Source: Octopus vulgaris
Taxonomy: Eukaryota
Assembly: GCA_951406725.2 (NCBI GenBank)
Contig: OX597835.1
Location: forward strand, 39,742,001 to 39,806,000
Length of the DNA: 64,000 nt
Direction of reading: 5' to 3'
This document shows, in pieces, positions 1 through 15,479 of this stretch (the first letter of the stretch is position 1; the number at the start of each line of letters is the position of its first letter). The translations under genes and the position numbers were made by a program. The notes under the pieces were generated by a model. It saw only the letters and a list, made by a program, of their open reading frames with translations. It searched no databases and had not been told where the DNA came from.

Positions 1-66
1 AGGATTGAAACCACTAGCCTGCGATCGTGAGCGCAACACACGAACCACTAGGTTCATGCGCCTTCA
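1..66 (-). mobile_element. SINE group B, tRNA-like head (truncated by window edge)
   Basis: Reverse complement gaaggcgcatgaacctagtggtt...cacgatcgcaggctagtggtttcaatcct resembles the heads at 1266, 9066 and 21947. Confidence 0.7.
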
Positions 67-579
67 TACCTTCGTCACCAAATCTATGCAGAATTAATTG
101 GTTAATTAAAAGGCAAATGATAAAGGTCAGAGGTCGAATAAAAAGAAATAACACAAGGCCTCATACAACTGACTCTTTGATTGGATAGGAATGAAAGGAT
201 TCAGGAAGTTTCCCTTTTTCATGATGAGTTAAACTGACAGCAACCAAATACCACATATACTCAAATCATTCTAACCATTTCCAAGAATTAGAGACCATGG
301 AATTTCAGATTCCGGTACATTCGTTTCCTATATTAGTGTACTAAAATTAATTAGTTAATTAGCAAATCTTCATCGGAGATGAAATTTGTAAATAAATTCC
401 TATGATTTAAACCAGTGACTGGAAGACATTTTGCTGTCTGTGATCGCAGCACAAATTAAATCGGTTTTAACCAAGACTAAGCCATCTTATACATCACTGA
501 GTTATTCGAATTAGGTTCAAATAAATGCCTGGACCTATAATCTAGTTAAGCCTGGCTCTCATATTTTATCTCTAATCTG

Positions 580-720
580 TTACTTATTCCAGTCATTAGA
601 GGTTGGGGCACCACTTCGAAGGGCTTTAGTAGAACAAGTCGACCCCAGTACTTACTTACTTAAAGTCTGTTAATTATTCTATCGGGCTCATTTTGCCGAA
701 AAGCCAGGTTACAGAAACGC
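580..720 (-). mobile_element. SINE group A, 3' half, degenerate
   Basis: gtcgaccccagtactta...ttattctatcgg...ttttgccgaa matches the reverse complement of the group A 3' half. Confidence 0.65.
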
Positions 721-725
721 ACACT

Positions 726-865
726 GCTTCCCAACTACATGGTTCCAGGTTTAGTCCCACTGCGTGGCACCTTGGGCAAGTGTCTTCTACTATAGCCTTG
801 GGCCCACCAAAGCCTTGTGAATGGATTTGGTAGACGGAAACTGAACGAAGCCCGTCGCATATATA

Positions 866-909
<44 letters not shown>

Positions 910-1078
910 TATGTGCCTGTGTTTGTCCCCATCACCACTTAATAGCCGGTGTTAGTATGTTTACGTCCCCGTAACCCAGCGATTGGCAAAAGACCCTGAT
1001 AGAATATGTATTAGTCTTAGGAACAAAGTACTGGAGTCAATTTGTTCGAGTAAAACCTTCAAGTATAAAAGAATAAAT
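726..1078 (+). mobile_element. SINE group A (tRNA-derived, internal TA/TG microsatellite)
   Basis: catggttccaggtttagtcccactgcgtggcaccttgggcaagtgtcttct...ggtagacggaaactgaa-(TG)n-gtttacgtccccgtaac; many copies in the window. Confidence 0.85.
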
Positions 1079-1140
1079 GAACAAACCAACCCCAATCTAA
1101 GGAGAACAGCCACAAAATTAGAGAAAAACACAAACTCACG

Positions 1141-1185
<45 letters not shown>

Positions 1186-1191
<6 letters not shown>

Positions 1192-1710
1192 CGGGCCTCT
1201 TTCAATTTCCGTCTACAAGGCATTCAATTCACAAAGCATTGATTGGATACGGGCTATAAGCAGAAGGCGCATGGCTCAGTGGTTAAACAGTCGGGCTCAC
1301 AATCATGGGGTAGTGAGTTCGTTTCCAGAACCGGGCCGTGTGTTGTGTTCTTGAGCAAGACACTTTATTTCACATTGCTCCGTTCACTCAGCTGTAGAAA
1401 TGAGTTGCGACATCACAGGTGCCAAGCTGTATCGGCCCCTTTGCCTTTCCCTTGGATAACATTGGTGGGTTGAAGAGGGAAAGCTGGTATTCATGAGCGA
1501 CTGCTGATCCTCCATAAACAACCTACCCCAGACTTCAGCCTTGGAAGAGAACTTCCTAGGTGTAATTCCATGGTCAATCATGACCGAAGGGTGAGGGTGG
1601 GGGCTACGCTTTATAGTAGAAGACAATTGCCCAAAATGGAAGCAATGGGACTGAACGTTAACTTGATGGTTAGGAAGCAAATTTCTTAAGAGCACAGCCA
1701 TGTCTGAGCT
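1186..1710 (-). mobile_element. SINE group A, 5' half, interrupted by a group B SINE
   Basis: acgacgggcctctttcaatttccgtctac at about 1188 resumes at tatagtagaagacaattgccc (1612) after the insert. Confidence 0.7.
1266..1600 (+). mobile_element. SINE group B with long tail type 1
   Basis: tRNA-like head ggcgcatggctcagtggtta, body gttcttgagcaagacactttatttcac; a homologous copy lies at 60916-61252 (-). Confidence 0.85.
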
Positions 1711-1766
1711 TAAGCTAATTAGAAAACATTAAAACGAATTGCATGACACCGGAAATGATGACTCAA

Positions 1767-1951
<185 letters not shown>

Positions 1952-2053
1952 CATGTGTGTGTGTGTATGTAGGTATATACCTACATATACCTACATATTA
2001 TTGAACTTAAATTAAATATATTAAAATAAAAAGAAAGTAAATATAAGCGCGGT

Positions 2054-2357
2054 GAAGGCAAAGGGCCAATTGGTTAGAGCAGCGGGCTCGCGGTCGAGGT
2101 ATCACAGGTTTGAACCTCAGGCCGGGCGATGTGTGTGTTTACGAGCGAAACACATAAGCTCCTTACAGGTCCGGCAGGAGGTAATGGCGAACTTCTGCTG
2201 ACTCTTTTGCCACAACTTTCATTCACTCTTTCCTCTTGCATTTGGCAGCTTACCTGCGACAGACCGGAATCCCGTCCAGGTGGGGAACCCTATACGCCAA
2301 TGAAACCGGGAAACTGGCCCTTATGAGCCAGGCGGAGCTCGAGAAGGGACAAACAAC
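2054..2357 (+). mobile_element. SINE group C, full length
   Basis: Homologous to 37834-38144 (-); ends in aaacaac; decayed TSD aaatataagcgcggt (2039-2053) / aaatataagtgtaat (2358-2372). Confidence 0.85.
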
Positions 2358-2762
2358 AAATATAAGTGTAATTAAGGAAAGGAAAAGTGTCGATATTTCA
2401 CGCTAAAAACATATCTTACTCTGGAGATTAGAGGAACTAGAATAAATACACTCGCAGACACGCACGCCCCACCACACACACACACACACATATATGTGTG
2501 TGTGTGTGTACACGCGTATATGTGTGTGTATATATGCGTGTGTGTGTACACGCGTATTTATTTGTTGGCAGCTTATAGTGTAATACTGTTATGTTTTTTT
2601 ATGCTGACAACGTAAAGTAGCGGTTCGACAAACAAGTTTCGATACAATCTTCTTTTAAACGTATACTCTTAAACAAAAGATATGATCGGCTCCACTAACA
2701 ACAATAACAACAACAGAAAAAAGCCTTGAAACCACTAAAAGGAAAATTAACTGTATATCTTC

Positions 2763-2831
<69 letters not shown>

Positions 2832-3544
2832 TGTGTGCGTACAACTAATTATAAAGAGAAGTGCGTGAAAAACTTTTATTGTGTGAAAACTAAACTTATT
2901 TCTCAGACGAACTCACACAAATTGAGCTTTCTAAGCAATATGATGCATTGTCGCTGATTATTATTACTATTACGATTTCAACCACCACCGCCACAACCAC
3001 CACCACAACCACCACCGCCACTAATACTATTACTACAACTACTACTACTACTACTACTTGTTATTGTTATTAACTATTGTAACATTACGGTTTTATTACG
3101 GTTTATATTATGTGTAGCAGTTTATATCTGCCATTGTTAATATTAACCATTCTTTCGACTGATATTTTCCATTGTCATAGCTATTGATAAAAATGCTGTT
3201 GTAATAATCCTTGTTTTATTGTTGTCGTTGCTGTTGTTGTTGTTGCTGTTGCTATAGCTTTTGTTGTTGTTGTGATTGTTGTGGCTGTTGTTGTTCAGAC
3301 GCCGCCATTGCCGCCGCCCTCGCTTGTTATTCAAGCTTCAAAGGCCCCCGATCGTTGCCTTGTCTCTTTCTATTCTTTTACGTCGACGTTGTCGTCTAGA
3401 ATACGCGTTTATATGTCTGCCGTCTGTGTGAAGAGGTGTCCATGTGTATGTGTGTGTGTGTGTGCTTATGTGTGTGTGTGTGTGTGTGTGTGTGTATGGT
3501 GTGTATGTGTGTGTGATGCGTGTGGTGTGTGTGTATGGCTATAC

Positions 3545-3637
<93 letters not shown>

Positions 3638-3688
3638 AAGTATGTATGTATATGTATGCATATGCCTATGTATATATATATATTTATT

Positions 3689-3742
<54 letters not shown>

Positions 3743-4061
3743 TAAGTATGTATGTATATGTATGCATATGCATATGTCAGCTGTCTATGAGAGTTGGTGC
3801 GTATATGTGGCAGTGTGTGTGCATGTATGTATGTATATGTATGCGTATGCTTATGTCAGCTGTCCATGAATGTTGGTGCGCATGTGTGGAAGTGTGTATG
3901 TGTGTGTGTGTATGGAACTTTTGCATATATGGTTATATCTATGCGTGTGTGTGTGTGTGTGTGTGTGTGTCTGCGTGTTTATAGCCTGTGATATATGGAC
4001 TTGTGCTTTTCTCTATTTGTACGTATGAGTGTGTGTCTGCGGTGGCCTTGTACTATGGCTG

Positions 4062-4176
<115 letters not shown>

Positions 4177-4191
4177 CGCCTATCTTTCATC

Positions 4192-4945
<754 letters not shown>

Positions 4946-4966
4946 ATGTGTGTGTACGTGTGTGTG

Positions 4967-5086
<120 letters not shown>

Positions 5087-5587
5087 GATATATATATATG
5101 GGTATGTGCGTGTGTGTATGTGTGTGTGTGAGTGTGTATGTATGTGTGTTGCTATGTGTATCAGTGTGTGTGTGTGTGCGCTAGTATGTGTGAATGTAAC
5201 AGATTACGTATATGTGGTTGCGTATATATCCCTTGTATGTCATTTTTTTGTGTCGTGGGCAATGTCCAATGAGCGACGGCCATGCTGGGTCATTTCAATT
5301 ACCGTGTTTAGACCGCGATCACATTGACCCAGCTAAATACTTCAGTGTGCAACTATCTTCTTCCCTGTGTCGCCCATCCACCCCGCCCACATGTATATAT
5401 ATACGTATGTATTTATGTATCTGTGTATCCATGTATGCATGTTTGTATGTATATACAAACAGGCACAAACATGATTTTGTATCATGCACAAAAGCAGCAT
5501 TTAAGATCTTGAGTAAATTATACGTATATACAAGCATAAGTATAATTATACATATCCACACACAGACGCACACACACATACACACAC

Positions 5588-5984
<397 letters not shown>

Positions 5985-6299
5985 ATAGACGTTTGATATG
6001 TGTGTAATTTCTACTTATTCAAGCTGAAAAAGTGTGCATTCCATTTCACTATAGATTTATCTATTGGCAACTAAACTATAATTAGGTTGGATTTTGAAAA
6101 TTTTCAGCTTCAATAAATATCTATAATGCTCAAAACACAAGTATTGAGTTCTTTATATTCGTTGTTGTCTGTACTTAAGGACAACCGCATACGTACACGC
6201 ACGGGTATATTCACATGAATATATGCATACATATGTTTATATTTATATGTGTGCGTGAGTGTATGTGAATGTATACACACATATATGTGTGTATATATG

Positions 6300-6342
<43 letters not shown>

Positions 6343-6384
6343 ATGTATTTGTACTTATATCTATATGTATATGGATATATACTA

Positions 6385-6600
6385 AACGCAGATCGTTGGC
6401 GATTTTTCGCCCTCCGTCTCCCTTTTCTCTTGGACATTGCTCTGTCTCCTGTTTCTGAAGAAGAGCTTTGCCCGAAACGTAAAACAACATTTCTTTCCTT
6501 TCCTGAGCGACTGCTAATACGATGCATGTACCACGTGTTCGCGTCGTTGTTTTTTTCTCGTTGTTTTTTCTTCGTTTCATTTTTTTCTTGAGATTAACTA
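6385..6600 (+). mobile_element. Short Penelope-like terminal-repeat family element carrying a hammerhead core
   Basis: Homologous to 32085-32305, 49545-49720, 15480-15625 (-), 18048-18140 (-) and 54705-54800; all share a cctgagcg...ctaatac-like motif. Confidence 0.6.
6450..6486 (+). ncRNA. Minimal type I hammerhead ribozyme motif
   Basis: TGTTT-CTGAAGA-A-GAGC ttt GCCC-GAAAC-GTA-AAACA: intact core, 5-bp stem I, GUA cleavage triplet, palindromic ACGU stem III. Confidence 0.65.
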
Positions 6601-6873
6601 TATGTATATATATATAAGTTTACATATATATAGACTTGCATGTGCATATCTATTAAGTATATATATATATATATATATATATTCCAAGTAAGAGGTTGTA
6701 AAGCATATGTTATACGTATATGCATATTGTTGTAATTGTCATTTTAGTAAATAAATTAATTAATTAATTAACATAATATAATGTCTAAAAGTTGATGAAT
6801 ACCACCTATTGATCCTCTCCATTTTCTTATTGCTCTCCCCCTCTTTCTCTCTCTCTCTCTACACACACATATA

Positions 6874-7002
<129 letters not shown>

Positions 7003-7035
7003 GTGTATGTGTGTGTATGTGTGTATATATATAAG

Positions 7036-7078
<43 letters not shown>

Positions 7079-7699
7079 TTAAATATATATACATACATAT
7101 ATATATGGAGATACAGATATTGATAATTAGATAGAGAGGAAGTATGAACGAGTGATGCACCTAACACACTCTTACATATGCTCACACAGATGCGCGGTCG
7201 CGTAGAGTACCAAGGATATAAATCTACGGTATTGCAAATCCTGGTGTGTTGTTGAATTAGGAAAATCGCTTAACAGACCCTCCATTATTATTATAGATTA
7301 GTTTGTATATAAAAGATGAACACACAAACGATGTTTGATGGCATCAATATATGTATATACATACTGGAAGATAATGGCTCTTCTATACGAGTCTGACTTC
7401 TGCAAGCGCAAAAATATCTGCTGCAGTCATCGTCGTCGTCATTTTCTTGTTGTTATTGTTTTTTTTCCAGGTCATCTCCTGAGATAAACAACGACAGCAA
7501 GAGCAATGTTCCGAGACCTAAAAAGTGAACCGGTATTTTCAATGTGTTACGGGGTCCCCCTTTTTTTTTTTTTTTTTTTTTTTCTTTTTGATAAGAAGGT
7601 GATGTGTAGGCGCGTGAATGAGCTGAGAAACGGCCGTATGTAATAGCCGAGGTATCCAGCTACGCAGCAAACACACACACACCACATGTAAATGACTGG

Positions 7700-7757
7700 C
7701 AGACAGACAGACTGTCGGACATGTAGTCAGGCCGTCAGAAAGACAGACAGACAGACT

Positions 7758-7799
<42 letters not shown>

Positions 7800-7929
7800 G
7801 AGACAGACAGACGCATGGATAGATGGACGAACGAACGGACAGGCAGACAGACAGAGATATAGATAGATGGACAGACAATTAGACGGACGGCTGGACGGAC
7901 AGATACACAGAAAGAAAGGCAGGCAGGCG

Positions 7930-7987
<58 letters not shown>

Positions 7988-8036
7988 TAGATAGATAGAT
8001 ATATGTAGATATAGATATAGATATAGATATAGATAT
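7700..8036. repeat. (GACA)n/(GACG)n/(GATA)n/(TAGATA)n compound repeat
   Basis: Direct inspection. Confidence 0.95.
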
Positions 8037-8814
8037 AAGGTCCCAGCAGATTGGATTCCTCTCAAATAAAGTACTCAATACATAATATGAAGTTTGGATT
8101 TTATGTTTCTTCTTTAAGAAGTCAGACAATCGCCGTTGCAACTTAGAGGCCGCTTGGAAGCTGAAAATAGGTTGAATCGGCCTTTGTGTGTATGTGTGTG
8201 TGTATGTGTGTGTGTATGAGTGTGTGTGGGGGGGTGTACGCCTCTATGTGAGTATGCATGCATATATGTATGTATGTACGCACGACATATGCATATATAC
8301 ATGTATGTTATGTATAAATGTGCGTACATATGTATGTATGCAATGTACGCATGTAATGTATGCATGTATATGTCTTGCAAACATATACGAGACATATACA
8401 CGCATACGTACATATGTATATGTGTGCATGTATGTATATATGTATGCATGTATGCTATGTATGAATGTATGTAAATACATATGTATATATGTAAGTATGT
8501 ATGTTCGTGTACATATATGTATGTGTATATATATGTACATACATATGTATATATATGTGTATGTATGTACTATGTAATATTCCCCACCTTACACTCGGTC
8601 AAATTATGAAACTCATAAACAGGATTTTTCTAAGCTTTTTCTCTCAAGTTATGAATCGCTGATTCACACAAAACAATTTTAGCACTGAACAACCAGTTAT
8701 TTCCATATTAAACTTGTATTTTATTGTCTCACTTGAAACACTTGCGTCGCCTCATTCTGTGTTTTTCTATACATAGGACAGGACCTTCTATCTGTATCAT
8801 CCTGTCTGCCAAAT

Positions 8815-8905
<91 letters not shown>

Positions 8906-9065
8906 TATAAGCATGTCTGTGTACGAGCATGTCTCGTATAAGTATAGACAATCAACAATCTATAAATCTATACTTCGTTGAACAATTTCTAGTCTATATA
9001 AGCATATAAACAATATATAAGTCATTAAATATTACTACATTACAATTCATAAATTTATATATATG

Positions 9066-9304
9066 GAGGTGCGTGGCTTAGTGGTTAGGGTGTTGGACTC
9101 GCGATCCTAAGATTGTGGATTCGATCCCTGGATGAGACAATCCATTGTGTTCTTGAGTAAAACATATTTCACGTTGCTCCAGTCCACTCAGCTGTAGAAA
9201 TGAGTTTACCCCGGAGATGGATGGGCTCCGCCAGGCTTTCTCTCCCAAGACACGCTGCATGGTTGCAGCGCCCCAACGACCCCCAAGGGGTTAAGGGATT
9301 CCTT
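9066..9304 (+). mobile_element. SINE group B with a distinct tail
   Basis: ggaggtgcgtggcttagtggttagggtgttggactc...gttgctccagtccactcagctgtagaaatgagt, then a tail not seen elsewhere in the window. Confidence 0.8.
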
Positions 9305-9344
9305 AATTGTCTATATAATTTATATATTGCTCAATTTTTTTGTA

Positions 9345-9990
9345 CAAAGTCAGCGGTTTTAAGGGGAGGGTGTTAGTCGATTACATCTACCCCAGTTCTC
9401 AACTGGTACTTATTTCATCAGTTCCGGGATGATTAATGGTAAAGTGGGCCTCGGAAGAATTTGAACTCAGAATGTAAAGAGTGGGAAGAAATAACGCTGG
9501 GCAATTTGTCCGACGCTTTAATCTATAATCTATAATCTTATATAAACAACCTCTTATGTCTCTACCTTTACACGTAACATTGAAACAGGGTCTGAAACTT
9601 GGGAAGAAAAGTTAATCGTTTATATTCACTCGTGTACACAGCTGATACTTCATTTTATCGTCCATGAAATGATGAAAGATAAAGGTAATCTCAACACGAA
9701 TTGAACTCAGAACGTAAAGACGTGAAAGAATCACCGCAAAACATTTTTTTTTTTCAATGCTCCAAACTTTCTGGCCAGTAATGGTGCTTAATAATAATTT
9801 CAACAACATAGGCAAACACTCTGAAATTTTGGGGAGGAGGTTAGTTGATTAAATGCCACCCAGGTTTTCACTAATTCGTTAGTTTAGCGATGGTGGTGGG
9901 ATCAAAAACAAATTTGATTTAACAGGGGTTGAAAGGCGGAAAGTAAAACAGGCGGATGAAATAGAGCAATGTATTTCGTTCAATGCTCCT
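9345..9990 (-). mobile_element. Three tandem degenerate SINE group D copies
   Basis: Repeated ggtacttatttcatc...gaatttgaactcagaa(c/t)gtaaaga at about 9405-9480, 9645-9720 and 9860-9950. Confidence 0.7.
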
Positions 9991-10250
9991 CCGATCTATT
10001 TAATACACCACCCCATGGTGAAAAATATGGACTTAAATGTGTTTATTACAGGGAATGTCTATTCTCAATAGGAAATATAACTTTAGCTTCAACGAACTGT
10101 AAGCGGTTAATCTGCATATAGATAGATACATGTATGTATATTTATTTACATAGATATACATACAAATATACAAGTTATATACGTAAAACTCAAGCAATCA
10201 CAACGAATGTAATTTCAGCTCCAAAGCATGAGTATGTGTATATATGTGTG

Positions 10251-10285
<35 letters not shown>

Positions 10286-10314
10286 TGTTGTTGTTATTGT
10301 TGGCATTCTGTTGC

Positions 10315-10505
10315 TTATGACGTCGAGGGTTCAAGTTGATCCGATCACTGGAACAGCCTGCTCGTGAAATTAATGTGCAAGTGGCTGAGCACTCCACAGA
10401 CACGTGCACCCTTAACGTAGTTCTCGGGGATGTTCAGCGTGACACAGAGTGTAACAAGGCTGGACCTTTGAATTACAAGCACAACAGAAACAGGAAGTAA
10501 GAGCG
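10315..10505 (-). mobile_element. SINE tail module (shared with 21947 and 61862 copies)
   Basis: gcctgctcgtgaaattaatgtgcaagtggctgagcactccacagacacgtg is the reverse complement of about 62070-62125. Confidence 0.8.
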
Positions 10506-10524
10506 GTGAAAGAGTACAGACAGA

Positions 10525-10992
<468 letters not shown>

Positions 10993-11031
10993 ATATATCT
11001 ATATCTATATCTATATCTACATATATATATG

Positions 11032-11078
<47 letters not shown>

Positions 11079-11108
11079 ACACATACATATATATATATAT
11101 GTAAATGA

Positions 11109-11153
<45 letters not shown>

Positions 11154-11253
11154 CATATGTTTATATATATATATATATATATATACACATACATGCATAT
11201 GTTTATATATATATATAAATACATACATATATATACACATACATGCATATGTT

Positions 11254-11285
<32 letters not shown>

Positions 11286-11290
11286 CATAC

Positions 11291-11328
<38 letters not shown>

Positions 11329-12184
11329 GATGCATGCTTATGAGTATGTGTGTATATTTGTATAGATGAATAAAGTATAATGCCGTATATGTATGTACGT
11401 ACATGTATTTATGTATATATATAGATTTATATATGTATGAATATGTATGTACGTAATTCTAGGGGATACAGAGACCAGCGACTTAGCGAACTAATTACAG
11501 TTTTATAGCTTCTAACCTGACCTGGCTGCCTCTTAAGTTAAAGATGCTAACTCAATAACCGTTGAGAAAAGTCTTTGATTTGCAATCAACGAATTATTTC
11601 CATCTTATCAGTTACAAAGGAAGCGAAATCGCAGAATTCATTAATTCCATCCACATTTAATAAAATAGCTTCAATGGAAATTTGCTAAGAAAGTCTTTCT
11701 TTTACTACCGACCAGCAAATCTCTTGCTGTGTATGTGTGAGTGTTTGTGCGAGTGTGTGTATGTGTTCGTATTTGTGTGTTTGTGTATGTGTGTGTTTGT
11801 GTATGTGTGCATATGTATGCGAGTATGAGTGTGGGTGGTGTATTCTAATTTTATTTTACTGTATTTTTATTTCATTATATTATTAATATTATTATTCTTT
11901 TTGGGTTTTTTTTTATATTTTTAGATCTTTCTGAATTACATTTTCTCTCATTTAAACTCAACAACCCAAACTTAACCCAATCTAAACACCCCACCCCTCC
12001 TCCCAACCATCCCCAACCCAACACTCCGCTACCTCGCCGCTGCCCCCACCGCCTGTTTCACGCCAACACAACAACGCCACACACAACAGCTGTTATAACG
12101 CTAGTGTAGTTGATGTTTGTTATCAGAGCTTAAGTACTGTTCGTCGTAACCTACATCACCACCTCCACCATTACCATCATTATC

Positions 12185-12650
12185 AGATAGCCGAAGCGTT
12201 AGCACGTCGGACAAAAGGCTCAGCCGCATTTCTTCCGGCTCTTTACCTTTCTGAGATCCAATTCCGCGATGATCGAATCCGCTTTTTTCGCCTTTCGTAG
12301 TCATCAAAATATATTTCTTTACTGCCTACAAGGGGCTAAACATAGAGGGGACAAACAAGGACAGACAAAGGGATTAAGTCGATTACATCGACCCCAGTTG
12401 GAAACTGGTACTTTATTTATCGTAGTCATCAAAATAAAGTACCAGTTGAGTACAGGGGCAGATGTAATTGACTTGGCCACTCTCTGGCCGTGTGTCAAAA
12501 TTAGAAAGATTTATTTGGCGCAGTCGTTAGAGTGCTGAACAAAATGTCGTCTGATGATATTTAATTCCTGTCCGTTATGTTCCCTGTTCAAATCCTGGCA
12601 AGGTAAAATTTTCTTTTTATTCTTCCGGTTTCCATTAAATGAATTACCAG
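12185..12650. mobile_element. Cluster of SINE group D fragments in both orientations
   Basis: Head on + at 12185-12305; tail on - at 12312-12420 (atttctttactgcctacaaggggctaaa); further + pieces to about 12650. Confidence 0.7.
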
Positions 12651-13091
12651 ACAAGTTTAGGGTCCATACACACGACTGTATACGATTATAGAAGTTATCA
12701 TGTACGAGTATGTGCTTGCGGAGAAATGGCTAAAATTTGCCCTGATTATAATTATACCTTATGTTACATATATATTATATCATATCTTGATATTGTGTGC
12801 ACTAAGATCCCTGTTGACAGGCCACTAGTATTTATAGCGTGCTAAATACTTTCGATATGCAAATTAGAGACCTCTCCATAGAATAACTGCTGCATTTATT
12901 GAATATATAATCATTTTTCCTACTTGCTTCCCTTGAGAGTGTCAGAATGATGTGGACGCCTGAAATGAGAACCCAATATGGTTCGAAAATTGATTAAGGT
13001 TGTTCATCAGTTTTTTTTTCACTCTGCAAAGAAATGGCTAAAATGTGCCCTGTTTATAATTATACCATATGTTACACGCACATACAAAGGA

Positions 13092-13161
<70 letters not shown>

Positions 13162-14062
13162 TTGTGTGAGTGAGAGAGAGTGTGTATGTGTATGTACACG
13201 CACAGGCACCATCATTCTAAAGTGTTTTTTCTTCCTCCAAATTCACCTAGAAGCTTTCAGTCGGTCAATACTGAGAAGACCCTTTTCTACAACACCGACC
13301 AGACGGTCACCTAGTGTCCGATAGCAAATATGTTGCGATCCACAACCAGTCTCATGCCCAACTCTGAAGGGAAAAAAATCAATAAAACACCAGATTTTAT
13401 TTCTCATTCTATGAAATTTATCCCATAAATAATGGCGCACCACTAATGTAACCTATCAGCTTGAAATTTTTATATAAATAATATTAAACTATAGATATTC
13501 GCGAGTAACATTCGGAGACTTAGCAAAATATAAACAGCAATAAAATACGTGTTAATCAAAGATGGAGTCTTCATTTCTTGTTCAACACACGTATATCCGT
13601 TATTATATGCGTGTATTTGTGAATATATTAGGGTGTATATCTTCAAGCAGTTTGTGAAGGAGTTTCTGATAGTCTCTTTAAGCAGTTTGTATTGGCTGAA
13701 ATGACAGCAGTTATGGAAGCTTAGACGAGAAAATATAAACGGCTCATTATTAAAATGGTTGAAAGATGTTCAACTAGATCTCTTATTTAAACAAATATGA
13801 AAAGGTGTCGAATTTTTAATCTGTATTGTTCGTATAGGTGTGTGCATTATACATAAATGGGTACTTACACACACGCACACACTCATTATATATACATATT
13901 AATGCATTAATGTATGTCTATATAAACACTCATACACACAAACACTATATATACGCACACACATACTCACACAAACATATGCATTCTTTTATTCTTTTAC
14001 ACGTTTCAGTCCTAAGACTGTGGCCATGCTGAGGCACCGCTAGTGAAAAGTATGTAAGTACG

Positions 14063-14145
<83 letters not shown>

Positions 14146-14157
14146 GTGTGTGTGTGT

Positions 14158-14280
14158 GTAAAATAATATGTGACAATTATTCGGTAGCCAAGATAAAAGT
14201 TTCGGATGCCGAGGTGGAAATCCACAACACCATCTCTTCGGTTATCTTGGCTACCGAATAATTGTCACTTATTATTTTAC
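14158..14280. repeat. Inverted repeat, 39-bp arms, enclosing a hammerhead-like core
   Basis: Arms 14158-14196 and 14242-14280 differ at one base; the loop on - reads CCGAAGA-GATG...CATC-CGAAACTT. Confidence 0.85.
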
Positions 14281-14370
14281 AGATAAATTTCTTCTATTTA
14301 CATAATATTGAGGTCTCTTTCTTTCTTTTGTTATCTTACCGTTTTTACCAATATATATATATATATATAT

Positions 14371-14417
<47 letters not shown>

Positions 14418-14691
14418 CATACATACATACATACATACATACATACGTACATAAATATACAATATACACACACACACATATGTATGTGTGTACGTAAGTA
14501 CGTATATATATATGTAATTAGATATATGCACATATATATATACCGAAATTGCGAAGATAATCCGGTTCTTGACTGATGATTGAGGGCTTCGAATGTCCCG
14601 TTCTGTGTTTCTTGTGTCGTCTTCTAGGTGTTTCACGTTCTTGTCCCAGTTTGTATATTTTTTACTTTTACACACACACACACACACACAC

Positions 14692-14740
<49 letters not shown>

Positions 14741-15062
14741 TATATACATATATATATATGCACGCATGAGTTTTATGTATACATACACACGAACATTCCA
14801 GTGATACTGCCAACACCCATTACACTGGTACCACCTACAATATGGTGCCAGCAACACCCACCACTATCACTTCAACAAGAAGTTGAGGCTGTGATGATCG
14901 GTAAAAGACGATAGATTCAGTTCATAGCCAACTGCTAGAGGGTCAAAGGAAAATACAAGAAAAAATAGCTCCATGAATGACAAAAGTGGGACACGCTTGT
15001 GTCTTCAATACAACATACGTAAGCGTGTGTGTGTGTGTTTGCTTGTGTCATCACGTGTGTAG

Positions 15063-15108
<46 letters not shown>

Positions 15109-15479
15109 CTGTAGCTGGGTGGGGTGAGTGTTGAGGTCGGGTTGGCAGTGTTTTTATTGGGATTTGCTTATCGTTTACATTACTATAAATTAATTTAGGT
15201 TGTATTTTTTAAAAATATGTTCTAATTAAGTATATTAAGAAATCCTTTAATTACTACATAGTCACAAAATCAATTTTTTTTAAATATCAAATTTGTTCTA
15301 ATTAAGTATATTAAGATTATTTTAATTACTACATAGTCACAGAGCTATTTCGTTTGACAGTATTTCGCTCCAATCTGCATACTTGTGTGCGTCCGCATAT
15401 TTACGCAGTATCATCTGTGTGTGCGTGCATACGTGTGTGTGTGTGGGTGTGTGCTTAAATCAAATAAACGAACAATAAG

